Shown here: positions 31,031 to 41,234 of the stretch, one piece after another
How the letters are laid out: each line of letters starts with the position of its first letter
Numbering within the stretch: position 1 is the first letter of the stretch
Assembly: GCA_963716745.1 (NCBI GenBank)
Contig: OY970320.1
Span: 896,001-960,000, forward strand
Reading direction: 5' to 3'
Origin: an uncultured Gemmatimonadaceae bacterium
Lineage (GTDB): Bacteria > Gemmatimonadota > Gemmatimonadetes > Gemmatimonadales > Gemmatimonadaceae
Length of the DNA stretch: 64,000 nt
Notes under the pieces: model-generated
What the model was told of the DNA's origin: nothing
The model's input: only the letters and a program-made list of their open reading frames with translations
Databases searched by the model: none
Program-made: the position numbers and the translations under genes

Positions 31031-32422
31031 TCCTCGGCCCGCGCCACCAACTCTCCCAGCCTCGCAAGCCCCGCCCCCACATTCTCCTTGAACCGCTGGG
31101 AGGCCGCCTGCACCGCCGGATCCTCGGCCCTCGCGCGTATCCCACGGAATGGATTGAGTCTCGCCGTCTCGAGCCACGCTTGGATGTCGGGTTCCTTCGA
31201 CATCGCGCGATCGGCCCTCGCCTGGATGAGCGTCGAACGCGCCCAGTCGAGCCGCGAATGAAATAGCGGATTCGGCGGGCAGAGCCGGTTCTTCTCGATC
31301 GTATCGTCGCGGTGCGCCTCCACGAATCCGACCAGCGCCCCGTTGAACGTCGGGAGTCCCGCCCGCACCGGTTGCAGCGTGATCCGGTCATTCGCGAAGA
31401 TCGGCACCGCGGGCGGCCGCCGGAGTCCGTCGGCGGCGCAATGCACGTGGAGATGCGTTGGCTTCGTTGGCACTTCGCCGCGCTCGAGCACAATGCGGTT
31501 CCGCTCGATGCGCGTCACGTGGCCGAGCCGCACGACGTTCGTGATGCCGCGCAGCAGCTCGAGTTCCCAGTCGGCGATCGTCGCCGACTTGTACATCGTG
31601 GCCGGCACGCTCTTGTCCACCCGGCGGAACTGATCGCGCGCCCTCGAGGCGCACGAACAGATCCTCCTCACTCTCGGCGTGCGCGGCCGCTTCCATTTGC
31701 GACGCGACGCCATCGAGCAGCGTGCCGACGAGTTCTCCAGCTTGTGAGAAGCGGCGGTTACGGATCCAGGAGTCGCGCGGCTTGATCCACTGGATGCGAT
31801 CCGCGCTCACGCCCTGCTCGAGCAGCCAGACGCACGCGTCCATCGCCGTCTTGCCGCCGCCGATGATGACGAATCGCTCCGGTTGACTCGCGAGGTTGGC
31901 GATCGCGTTCACGGGCACGCACGCGACTCCGTCGGCGACGTCGAACGGAGGCGGAGAATTCGCGGGGATCGAGGGGGAGAGATACGTCGCGTTCACGATT
32001 CTCTTTCGCACCGAAACATCGTACGTGTCGCCCGAGACCATCGACTCGAAGCGCCGGCCGCCGTCCGAGTTGCATTCGGGAAAGAATCTCACCCGCCCCG
32101 ATTTCACGAGCCGCTCGTTCATGACGCGGCCGAAGTACTCGCGGATCTCGGCGCCGCTCGCGCGGCCGTACATGCCCGCCTCGCGGCCGCTCGTCTGGAT
32201 CGCCTCCGGCCCAAGCGGCATCGAGTTCACACCATAGTAGAGCGACGGCTGGTGCAGCTGGACGAACGGATACGCGTCGTTCCAATGCCCGCCCGGCGTG
32301 GCGCGCCGGTCCACGACAATGACCTCGGCGTCGGACTCCGTGATCAGCGAATCCGTGAACGCGAGGCCCGCGGCTCCGGCGCCGATGACGAGGTAGTCCG
32401 TTTCCAGGGAGCGGGACGGCAT
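30991..32422 (-). CDS. FAD/NAD(P)-binding oxidoreductase; frameshift near 31630
   Basis: DYLVIGAGAAG, PGGHWNDAYPFV.LHQPS and IIGGGKTAMD dinucleotide-binding motifs. Confidence 0.85.
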
Positions 32423-32604
32423 GCATCGATGATGCGGAGCGCGCGCCTCGGTCGCCAGGCGGTTCACCTTATCGCGCCCGCCGAAATCACGGTGCTGATT
32501 CAGCAATATCATAGTGCTAAAATTGCATTTGACGCACCACGCGCCTGGACCTAGACATTCGTCCATCGGCGCGGCGAGCGCCGCCCGTCATCACGAGGAG
32601 GGTT

Positions 32605-35087
32605 ATGGACGCTCTGCTGCAGGACCTGCGCTATGCGATGCGGACGCTGAGCAAGAGCCCCGCGTTCGTGACGATCACCGTGCTGACGCTCGCGCTCGGC
32701 ATCGGCGCGAACCTCGCGATCTTCACCGTCGTCAACGCCGTGCTGCTGCAGCCGCTGCCCTTCCGCGAACCCGAGCGCATCGTGCGCGTGTTCGATGATC
32801 TGGGCGGCGCGGGAGCCAAGAACGTCGGGATGTCGGTCCCCGAACTGTATGATCTGACCGAACGCTCCGGAGTATTCGAACAGATCAGCGCGACCTTTCC
32901 TTCGAGCGGGGCTCTGTCCGGCGGCGGAAGGGTGGAGCGGATCGTGTTGATCGGTACGAGCCCGAACTACTTCGAACTCCTCGGCGCGACGCCGGCACTC
33001 GGACGGGTCTACACCCAGTCCGAGTGGGTGCCGGGCTTCCTGGACGGCGTCGTCATCAGCGACGGCCTCTGGAAGCGCCAATTCGGATCGGATCCGCATA
33101 TCATCGGGCGGCGCGTTCGCATGGACGAGGACCCGTACACCGTCATCGGCGTCATGCCGCCCGACTTTCGCCACCCGGGCAATACGGATGCCGGCGACAT
33201 CGAGATGTGGACGGCAGCCGGCTTCACCGGCGATCCTTGGCCGTCGCCGCCGCGTGCGCGGCGCGCGGCGTTTGCCCGGAGCGTTGGGTCGCTTGAAACC
33301 GGGCATCACGCTCGAACAGGCACAGCGGCGACTCGATGCGTTCACGACTTCGCTGCAGCAGACCTACCCCAATGAATATCCCAAGCAGTTGGGTTGGTCG
33401 CTTCGGCTCGAGCCCGCCCAAAGCAGCCTCACCGGCAATGTGCGACCGACGCTGGTGATCCTGCTCGCCGCCGTGAGTTTCGTGCTCCTGATCGTGTGCG
33501 TCAACGTGGCCAGCTTGCTGATCGCGCGGGCGTCGGCGCAAATGCGTGAGTTCGCCATTCGCCAGGCGCTCGGCGCATCGCGCGGCCAGCTCGTTCGACA
33601 GGTGCTGACCGAGAGCGTGCTCATTTCGCTGGCCGGAGGCACGGCGGCCCTTGCGGTGCTTCTCGTCGCGCAACGATCGCTGCTTACGCTCGATGCCCGC
33701 GGATGTGCCTCGACTCGCCGAGGTGCATGCGGATTGGCGAATGGTGGCGTTCGCGCTGGTGCTGTCGCTCGCGACCGGAGTGTTGGTCGGACTGATGCCG
33801 GCGCTCCACGCATCGGCGATCGATCCCAATCGCGACTTGAGGGACGGCGGACGCACGGGTGGTGGACAGAGCCTGCGCCAGAACCGATCGCGCGCCACGC
33901 TGGTCGTGACGGAGGTCGCGCTATCGGCGGTGTTGCTCATTGGCGCCGGGTTGCTTGTCCGCAGTTTCTCGGCCGCGCTCGGTCAGGATCCCGGTCTCGA
34001 TCCGGAGAGGCTTGTGGCGGGCCAGATCTGGGTGCCCATTCCGAGCGATCCCAAGGCGAATCCATACTGACCGCCGCCGCAGCGCGCCGGGCTTGCCAGG
34101 GAACTGCTCGCACGGATCGCGCTGCTCCCCGGCATGGAGCGAACGGCGATCGGCACGTCGAGCGCTGTCCCGCTCCTGAGCAATCGTGAACAATCCCGTC
34201 GCGTTCTCCATTGCCCGACGAGGTCTCGACGCAGGAGAACGATCACGCCGCGGAGTTCGTCGCCGTGAGCGCAGGGTATTTCGACGTGCTCAGGACGCCG
34301 CTGAAAAAGGGCCGCGTCTTCACCGATCACGATGCGGACTCCAGCGCGAGAGTCGTGGTGGTCAATGAAGCGTTCGTCCGCAGATTCTCACCGCAACGGG
34401 ACGTGGTTGGCCGGCGGATGCGGTTTGTTTGGCGGGGTAGAGGAACAAGAAGCCGAAATCGTCGGCGTGGTCGGGGATGTGCGCAATGACGGACTGGACG
34501 TGGCGCCGCCGCCGCGCGTGTACCAATCCATTCTTCAATATCCCGGCATCAGGCTCGCCGTGTTTCTCCGCACGCGTTCCGATGTGGACGTGAAGGCGAC
34601 CAAGGAAGCCCTCACCGCGACGGTACACAGCATCAATCCGGAAATTCCGGTGTTCGACGTCAGGACCATGGCGGACCTGATGTCGGCTTCGATGGCGCGG
34701 CGCCAGTTCTCACTCTTCTTGATGTCGGTCTTTGCCGTGTCGGCGCTCCTGCTCGCCGCGCTGGGGATTTATGGTGTGATGGCCTTCGTCGTCGGCCAGC
34801 GCGCTCAGGAATTCGGCATCCGGCTGGCCCTGGGTGCGAAGCCGCGGGATATCCTCGGCCTCGCGTTCCGCCCCGGCCTCATTCTCACCGCCACGGGAAC
34901 CATCGTCGGTCTGGGTGCGTCGATCGTCGTGACGCGGCTGATGTCGAGCCTCCTGTTCGGCGTGTCGGCGAGCGACCCGATGACGTTCGCCGTTGTGCCG
35001 GTGCTGCTGGGGATCGTTACGATGGCCGCGTGTTTCATTCCGGCGAGACGCGCCACGCGCGTTTCTCCGATGGAGGTGCTGAAGTAG
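32605..35087 (+). CDS. ADOP-type duplicated ABC permease (MacB/FtsX domains); multiple frameshifts
   Basis: [15 protein letters not shown]...[50 protein letters not shown]. Confidence 0.9.
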
Positions 35088-35138
35088 TTATCATCGGATG
35101 ACTGTCTCACCACCTCCCTCTCACCAGACAACGATCAT

Positions 35139-35518
35139 ATGCCGCTCAAAGCCCATTACGTCCGACCGTCTGGCCAAGCCCGTCGGTCCATTCTCACCGG
35201 CCGTTCGCGATGGCGACCGCGTGTACACGAGCGGCCAGGTCGCACAGGACCCGGCCACGGGAAAACTCATCGAGGGCGGCGTGGCTGCCCAAACGGAGCA
35301 GATCTTTCAGAACATCAAAGTGATCCTGGATGCGGCGGGCAAGTCGCTCGCCGACGTGGTGAAAGTGAATGTCTATCTCGTGGACATACAAGCGATTCGC
35401 CGAAATGAACGAGGTGTATGCCCGGCATTTCGCCGCTCCGTATCCAGCTCGCACCACTGTCGCCGTCGCCGCGCTGCCGCTGAATGCGGAAGTCGAGATC
35501 GAGATGATCGCCAGCTGA
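35139..35518 (+). CDS. RidA/YjgF family protein; two frameshifts
   Basis: PVGPFSPAV..G.RVYTSGQV...QTEQIFQNI; MNEVY..HF..PYPARTTVAVAALP..AEVEIE. Confidence 0.85.
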
Positions 35519-35525
35519 TTCGCAC

Positions 35526-35540
35526 TTGCACCAAATGCAA
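35526..35540. promoter_or_regulatory. Putative LysR-type binding site
   Basis: TTGCA-CCAAA-TGCAA dyad (T-N11-A) about 45 bp upstream of the LysR gene. Confidence 0.5.
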
Positions 35541-35584
35541 TCTCTACCATATCATCGTGCTCGACCGGCAACTGGGAGTCTGTC

Positions 35585-36544
35585 ATGCTCGATGAGATGC
35601 GAACGTTCGTCGTCTTGGCCGAGTCGGGTTCGTTGCAGCGGGCGGCCGAACGGCTGTTCCTGACGCCATCGGCGGTCACACGGCAGATCCAGCGCCTCGA
35701 AGCGGCGCTGAAGACGCCCCTGCTCGATCGTCGCGTGAAACCGGGGCGGATCACCCGTGAAGGCCGCGCGGTGCTCGACAGCGGGCGGCACATGCTGCGC
35801 ATCATGGACGATCTCAAGGCGAGCGGGGCGAACCGCGCCGAGCCGAGCGGACCATTCCGCGTCGGATTGTCGCATGCGCTCGCGCAACCGAGCCTCGTCG
35901 CGTCGATCCAGCGCTTGACGAGCCGCTTCCCCCGGCTTCAACCGGTGCTGAGCACCGATCTCAGGCAACAGCTCATCGAGCAGACGCGCACCGGCGAACT
36001 CAATGTGGCACTGGCCTTCCTCTCGGCGGCCGACACGCCGCCCGCCGATGTGGCCAGCAGCGTCTTGGCTGCGGAACGTCTGGTATTGGTGAAGGCGAGA
36101 GGGCCGCACCCTCGCGCACGGCGCAGCAGCAAGTCGAGAGATCGCGATCTCGACGCACGCTGGGTGCTCAACCCGCCGGGTTGCTTCATTCGAGCCGCAC
36201 TCGAGGCGAGGTTGCGCGAACTCGGCTCTCCGTTCGAAGTCGCCGCCGCGATCAACAATATCGACATGCAATTGTCTCTCGTGGCGAGCGGCATCGGCCT
36301 CGGGCTCATCCCCGGGCGATTCCTCGCCTCGCATCCGAAGCGCCGGCGGCTGGAGCGTATCACGCGGAGCGGCATCAGCATTGAGGCATCCATCGTGTTC
36401 ATGCAAGCCGGCCATTTGGGCCGGCTCGAACCGGCGGCGGCATTTCTCCAAGAAAGAGTTGCGAGACCATTTCGCTCCCGTCAAAGGCGCAGCTCCATGA
36501 AGACCGCACTGGAGCGATACCGGTCCATCGTGTCGCGTGGCTGA
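35585..36544 (+). CDS. LysR-family transcriptional regulator
   Basis: FVVLAESGSLQRAAERLFLTPSAVTRQIQRLE HTH. Confidence 0.9.
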   Translation: MLDEMRTFVVLAESGSLQRAAERLFLTPSAVTRQIQRLEAALKTPLLDRRVKPGRITREGRAVLDSGRHMLRIMDDLKASGANRAEPSGPFRVGLSHALAQPSLVASIQRLTSRFPRLQPVLSTDLRQQLIEQTRTGELNVALAFLSAADTPPADVASSVLAAERLVLVKARGPHPRARRSSKSRDRDLDARWVLNPPGCFIRAALEARLRELGSPFEVAAAINNIDMQLSLVASGIGLGLIPGRFLASHPKRRRLERITRSGISIEASIVFMQAGHLGRLEPAAAFLQERVARPFRSRQRRSSMKTALERYRSIVSRG

Positions 36545-37022
36545 TACTCCGTCATGCTGTTCTCGGCATACGGAGTGATCTCAGCGAACCCGACCGACTT
36601 GTAGAGCGCGTGAGCTGCGGACAGGAATTTCAGACTTTCCAATCGCACCGACTTCGTACCCGATCGCGCGCGCGTCTGACAGGAGCTGCTGCAGCAGGAG
36701 GCGGCCAGCGCCGGCTCCCCGAACGTGCGGCTGCACATACATCCTCTGGATCTCGGCGACCAGACGGCGTGATGCGCTTAAGACATCCGACTCCGACGTT
36801 CGCGCTATCGCGGCGGATCACGTAGAACCGGCCGCTCGGCGGATAGAACTTCGCCGGATCCTCGATATCCGATGTGACCATCGCATCGATATCGAAAGAC
36901 AGGCCGTAGTTCGCGGCAGCAGCGCTCGCGATCCATCGCAAATACTCGGCGATCAGGTGCCGCGCGGCTTCTCGCATTGCCGCGTCATCGACGGCAACCA
37001 GCTCGATCGCGGCAACGGTCAT
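36481..37022 (-). CDS. GNAT-family acetyltransferase; frameshifted
   Basis: VGVGCLK...EIQRMYV.P..RG; VRLES..FL.AAHALYKSVGF.EI.PY. Confidence 0.8.
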
Positions 37023-37023
37023 T

Positions 37024-37548
37024 CTATCGGGTCACGATGGGCAAGTACGCGCGCCACGGCCCGATCGCGTCCCGGTACTGTTTCGCCATCACACGGGCGG
37101 TTTGTGCGATATGTCCCAAGTCGTGCACGACCCAAGTCGCCAACAGCTGCCGGAGCGTGACCGTGCCGAACTCCGGATGCTCTCCATCCAGCGCGAGTTC
37201 TGTGTCCGTCAACCGCCAGGCCGCGAGCGTCGCGAGATTCTCCGCACGCAATCGCCCGAACTCATCGAGGAGGACGGACAGCGATTTGCCCTGACTCTCG
37301 CGGAGCTGTGCGAAACGATCGTACGGCGGAAGGCGGCGGCTCGTACTTTGAGAAAGGATGACCCGGGCGCGCGGGATCCAGTCCGTGCGCTCGCCGTGGA
37401 CGAGATGTCCGACGATGACGTACGGGCTCCACGTTTCGGGCCCTTCCGTCGCGTCGATCCACGCCGCACCCAAGTCGCGCAACATCGCATTCAGCGTCCC
37501 GGGCGTGCGTTCGAGGATCGCGATGCCCTGCGTGATGTCGAAGTCCAT
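37024..37548 (-). CDS. DinB-family protein
   Basis: LERTP..L, WSP...VGHL.HGE..DWIPR, TWVVHDLGH. Confidence 0.88.
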   Translation of the reverse strand: MDFDITQGIAILERTPGTLNAMLRDLGAAWIDATEGPETWSPYVIVGHLVHGERTDWIPRARVILSQSTSRRLPPYDRFAQLRESQGKSLSVLLDEFGRLRAENLATLAAWRLTDTELALDGEHPEFGTVTLRQLLATWVVHDLGHIAQTARVMAKQYRDAIGPWRAYLPIVTR

Positions 37549-37722
37549 TGCTCTCTTCCGTATGATGTTTGACCCCGCGCAAGGAACGCGCTTGCTCGAA
37601 GCCGTGTTCGCTGCGCGTTGCACGTCTCAGTGACGGTGCGAATGAACGTTTAAGCCAAGTGATCACGTGCGTCAACTGCAATCTTTTCACTATGATATTG
37701 CTCGACTGACGTTACCCCCGGC

Positions 37723-37980
37723 TTAGGCCAGAAACCTATCGGAGGATCGCGACAGCGGAGGGTTCCTTCGCCAGGGTGAGTTCCCGGCCGACCGCACGGC
37801 CAGCTCGTTCATGACGCGGCCGGAGCATTCGCGGATCTCGGCGCCACTCGCGCGGCCGTCCATCCAAGGAATGCGATGGCATTCACCGATTGTGCGGCGC
37901 ATTCTCTGGGGTCGCCCGCATCTCCCACGGTCCATCCGATTCTCGCGGGCAACGACGACGAAGTCGACGATTCGCGGCAA
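37723..37980 (-). pseudogene. Relic of the FAD oxidoreductase at 30991-32422
   Basis: 37803-37863 matches 32113-32173 with few mismatches (GRASGAEIRECSGRVMNE vs GRASGAEIREYFGRVMNE). Confidence 0.6.
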
Positions 37981-38237
37981 GTGTTGACGCTGATCCGCAT
38001 CCTCTTGCGACTACTGCCTAGAACAGCGACGTTCGAGCTGCTGCGGAACTATCGGAGAGCGCCGACATCAAGCCAGAGCATGGGCGCCATGACGGCGGGA
38101 AGGATGGTACTCTGCACCGGCGCTGTTGGAACGTGGCTGGCCCAACGTAGGGTTCGACTTGATATCGGGGAAGGGCCGACTCGACTCACACGTCGAGCAC
38201 CATTCGGTGACTCGGTGAGCCGCACGGCGAGGATATA

Positions 38238-38483
38238 ATGTCGATCACCAGGCACCGCTCTCAAGAGCAAGGAGACTCCCGTGGCGTGGATCGACCAAAT
38301 CTTCGATGCCAAGATTGTGAGAGAAAGAAGGCATTGTGCGGCGGAGCAAGAGGGACGTTCACCGGTTCTCATTGTTTGACGAGCTACTCCTTCAAGTGCA
38401 AGACCGAGGATATCATTCTCATTGAGACCGGACACCAATATGTCATTTTGTGCCACAAGGGGGCTCTTGTTATTCACTGCTAA
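38238..38483 (+). CDS. Small conserved hypothetical protein (~80 aa), frameshifted
   Basis: Joining frames gives WIDQIFDAKIVRE.GIVRRSKRDVHRF..FDELLLQVQDRGYH.IETGHQYVILCHKGALVIHC, a small-protein family I recall but cannot name reliably. Confidence 0.55.
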   Translation: MSITRHRSQEQGDSRGVDRPNLRCQDCERKKALCGGARGTFTGSHCLTSYSFKCKTEDIILIETGHQYVILCHKGALVIHC

Positions 38484-38684
38484 CCGTGGCCGGACTTGGA
38501 CAAGCGTTGGTTGCGCGGGTGGAATCGATCATTTGAATTACGCTACAGCGTATCGAGCTGTCACGCGTGGGATGGGACGAGGCGCGGCTCGGCGCAACAG
38601 TAGTCGATTGACGACAATCCCCGCGCAGCTTCTGGCGGGGCCACGCGCACTGGATCGCCACCACATAGCCCATCAGGTACTTCC

Positions 38685-39308
38685 ATTGACATTGCCGAAC
38701 TAGTCAGAGACTTTTCCGCCGCTCTGAAGGCTGTCGATTCGGAGAGGCCTGTGGGCGCGCGAATTCAATTCAAGCCGGGTGCCGGTCCCCTCACGGAAAC
38801 CGAACTGACGAGGTTGATTCTAAGCTACATGAAGTCTATGCAGGGCACGGTGTACTCGGACGCGGGTGAGCGCGCCTACCCGGGAAGTCGCCAGACTTGC
38901 GACATAGTCGTTCCGGGCAGGTGGGCAATAGAGGTCAAGCTAGCGCGCCCGTTTGGAGACAACGGCAAGCCGGCGGAGCGCTGGTCTGAGAACCTACTCT
39001 ACCCGTATGTGGGAAACACAAGCTCAATCGGCGACTGCCTGAAACTTGTCGAGTCACGCTTTCCTGAGCGAAAGGCCGTCCTCGTGATCGGGTACGAGCA
39101 TTCTCCACCACGGATTCCGCTGGAACCTGCCGTGCGAGGATTTGAGTTACTTGCTTCGGATATCGTTGGAATAGCAATCTCTGCTCGAAGCGAAGAGCTC
39201 GTTGTTGGCCTGGTTCACCCTTTCCATCAGCAAGCGCGGGTTTACGGATGGGAGGTCTTGGGCCGCACGATCGCGGCAGCTGACGCGTCCAGGGATTTTG
39301 ACGCTTAG
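38685..39308 (+). CDS. PD-(D/E)XK-superfamily nuclease-like protein (start uncertain: ATT 38685 or GTG 38751)
   Basis: E..YP....CDIVV...WAIEVK catalytic pattern. Confidence 0.7.
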   Translation: MDIAELVRDFSAALKAVDSERPVGARIQFKPGAGPLTETELTRLILSYMKSMQGTVYSDAGERAYPGSRQTCDIVVPGRWAIEVKLARPFGDNGKPAERWSENLLYPYVGNTSSIGDCLKLVESRFPERKAVLVIGYEHSPPRIPLEPAVRGFELLASDIVGIAISARSEELVVGLVHPFHQQARVYGWEVLGRTIAAADASRDFDA

Positions 39309-39513
39309 TGCCGCGCGCGGGCCTGCCAGGCGCCCGAGAATTTCGGTGGACCGACCTAAACCGCTGTCCTTCTGGCGCCCCGCACCGCGCGCTGCCGCGA
39401 TTTTAAGTGGGCCCCTGCCAGCCGCCGGCGCGCTCTCGCGTCCTCTCCGAGAGCTGAGGGGGCTGCAGGTCAGTCTGTCGCTTGATCTCCATCATGCCAT
39501 CCGCGAGGGATGA

Positions 39514-41061
39514 ATGCCTGACAAGGGTCACAAGCTCAACGAGAGGGTCTGGCGGCTCTTCTCCAAGGCGGGGTTCGACACCAAGCCGAACGCAACCGAC
39601 GCCTCCGAGGAGCAGGTAAGCCTGGGCACCGGCAATCCCCGCACGCTTGACTTGTCGGCAGCAGACTCGGCTCTCGGCGTCAAGATCATCGGCTGGAACA
39701 AGTCGAGAAAGCAATTCAGCGAGTCCATCAGCGTGCACATCCACGACGTGAGCGATCTTCTTATCCCGGCAGCTGCAGATGCTGGAGTGATGATCTCTCT
39801 AGAGAAGGAATTCACCGATAGCGACAAAGTTCTCGGTCGCGCGCGCAAGATAGCGATGTGGAACAAGGCGGACCTAGAGTACTTCGAAGCGCTAGTCGAG
39901 GCAGTTGGCGATCAAGCCAAGTTCGAAATCTTAAACGCGCTTAATGTCCGAACTAGAGAAGAGACGGGTGTGTTCAATGTTCTCGCGATAAAGTTCAATC
40001 AGCCAGCACCCGGATCCGCCGCTGAGTTGTTCATGTTCACAGCCCCTCCAAGAGTCCTTCTGAGAACGTGTGTCGTCTTGAGAAAGGCACAAGGCAGCAA
40101 GTATGCATATCAACGAATTCTTCAGGCGAAGCGACTCGGAAAGATAGCCGCCTTCGTTAGCAGGGCCGACGCGCTTCTTCCGCCGAATATTATCGTCCAC
40201 TTCGGCGACGAAGTTCGGTGGGAGCCGATTGCACATCCGAGTCAGGATCAGTCCGGTCGGAGAATCACTCTCGCCCGCGAACACGACTACGAACTCGGCC
40301 TTCTGGGCATCCCCTTGCGATACGCGTCGCTCGAACTGATCGATGGCCAGCACCGACTATTCGGATTTGCCCACGCCAACGCGGCGGCGCAGGACACGTT
40401 CAACTTAGCCGTACTTGGAATGCGTGCGATAAGGCCCGCTGGCCGAACCGAAACGTTTATCGCAATCAATGACAACGCGAAGCGAGTAGACGCAAATCTC
40501 GTCGCTTATTTGAAGTACGTTGCGGACGAGGCGACTTGTCAGGCGAACAACGAGCTCATGGCCATCAAAGTCGTCGTCGAATTGAATAAGACCAGTCCAT
40601 TCAAGGGAAGGATCAGAATACTGGATTTCGGCTCAGAGAGAATCACGCTCAAAGGATTCGCGGGTTATGACCTCAAGGGCCTTCTCGGCACGAGAGGACT
40701 TCTCCGCAAGTACTACAAGAATGACTCAGCGGAATTCGTTGGTGCACTCCGGATCTACTTTAGCGTCATGAAGACGATCTTCCCGAAGCAGTGGACCGAT
40801 CCAGATCGATACATTGTGTTTACCAAACGAGGAGTATCTGCATTTCTTAAGCTGCTGAGATCGATCCTGAAGAGCGAGAAGGCTCCACTAACGGCTGTCA
40901 TGGCCAATAAGTACCTGCAACCTCTACGCAATGACTGGGCGGACACCCGCTGGGAGACTGCGTCCCTCGCCAGCGGATATGTCGGATCGAAGGGGTGGAA
41001 GGATTTCCACCGAGACCTCGTCAAGATCATCCGCAGGAAGTACAAGAAATTCGAGGCCTAA
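39514..41061 (+). CDS. DGQHR-domain (DndB/ParB-like) protein with N-terminal restriction-endonuclease-like domain
   Basis: YQRIL...RL.KIA.F, PPNII, IDGQHRLFGF and F..IN..AKRV motifs; intact 515 aa ORF. Confidence 0.88.
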   Translation: MPDKGHKLNERVWRLFSKAGFDTKPNATDASEEQVSLGTGNPRTLDLSAADSALGVKIIGWNKSRKQFSESISVHIHDVSDLLIPAAADAGVMISLEKEFTDSDKVLGRARKIAMWNKADLEYFEALVEAVGDQAKFEILNALNVRTREETGVFNVLAIKFNQPAPGSAAELFMFTAPPRVLLRTCVVLRKAQGSKYAYQRILQAKRLGKIAAFVSRADALLPPNIIVHFGDEVRWEPIAHPSQDQSGRRITLAREHDYELGLLGIPLRYASLELIDGQHRLFGFAHANAAAQDTFNLAVLGMRAIRPAGRTETFIAINDNAKRVDANLVAYLKYVADEATCQANNELMAIKVVVELNKTSPFKGRIRILDFGSERITLKGFAGYDLKGLLGTRGLLRKYYKNDSAEFVGALRIYFSVMKTIFPKQWTDPDRYIVFTKRGVSAFLKLLRSILKSEKAPLTAVMANKYLQPLRNDWADTRWETASLASGYVGSKGWKDFHRDLVKIIRRKYKKFEA

Positions 41062-41234
41062 CAGGAGCGCGTTGCGCGCTACAAGGGGATCACGCGAAGA
41101 CGTGTGCCCCATTGCGTTCGAGAGGGCGGCGGTAGGTCAGCTGCTCTTCCACCCGATCTGGAGCAGCTCATACCGTAATGCCTCCAATCGCACTTCCGCC
41201 CTCTCGGTTTGCGCCTCTAGATACTCCGACCGAC

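Noticed and set aside
36481..36544. Functional convergent overlap of LysR and GNAT
   Set aside because: Could easily result from an indel extending the LysR C-terminus; not supportable
37600..38700. att-site duplicate of the tRNA-Pro 3' end, or an integrase remnant
   Set aside because: No convincing match to TCGGGACGGCGGG and no recombinase motifs seen by eye
39514..41061. Calling the DGQHR gene dndB of a phosphorothioation cluster
   Set aside because: No other dnd/ssp genes in the window, and the protein has an extra N-terminal domain
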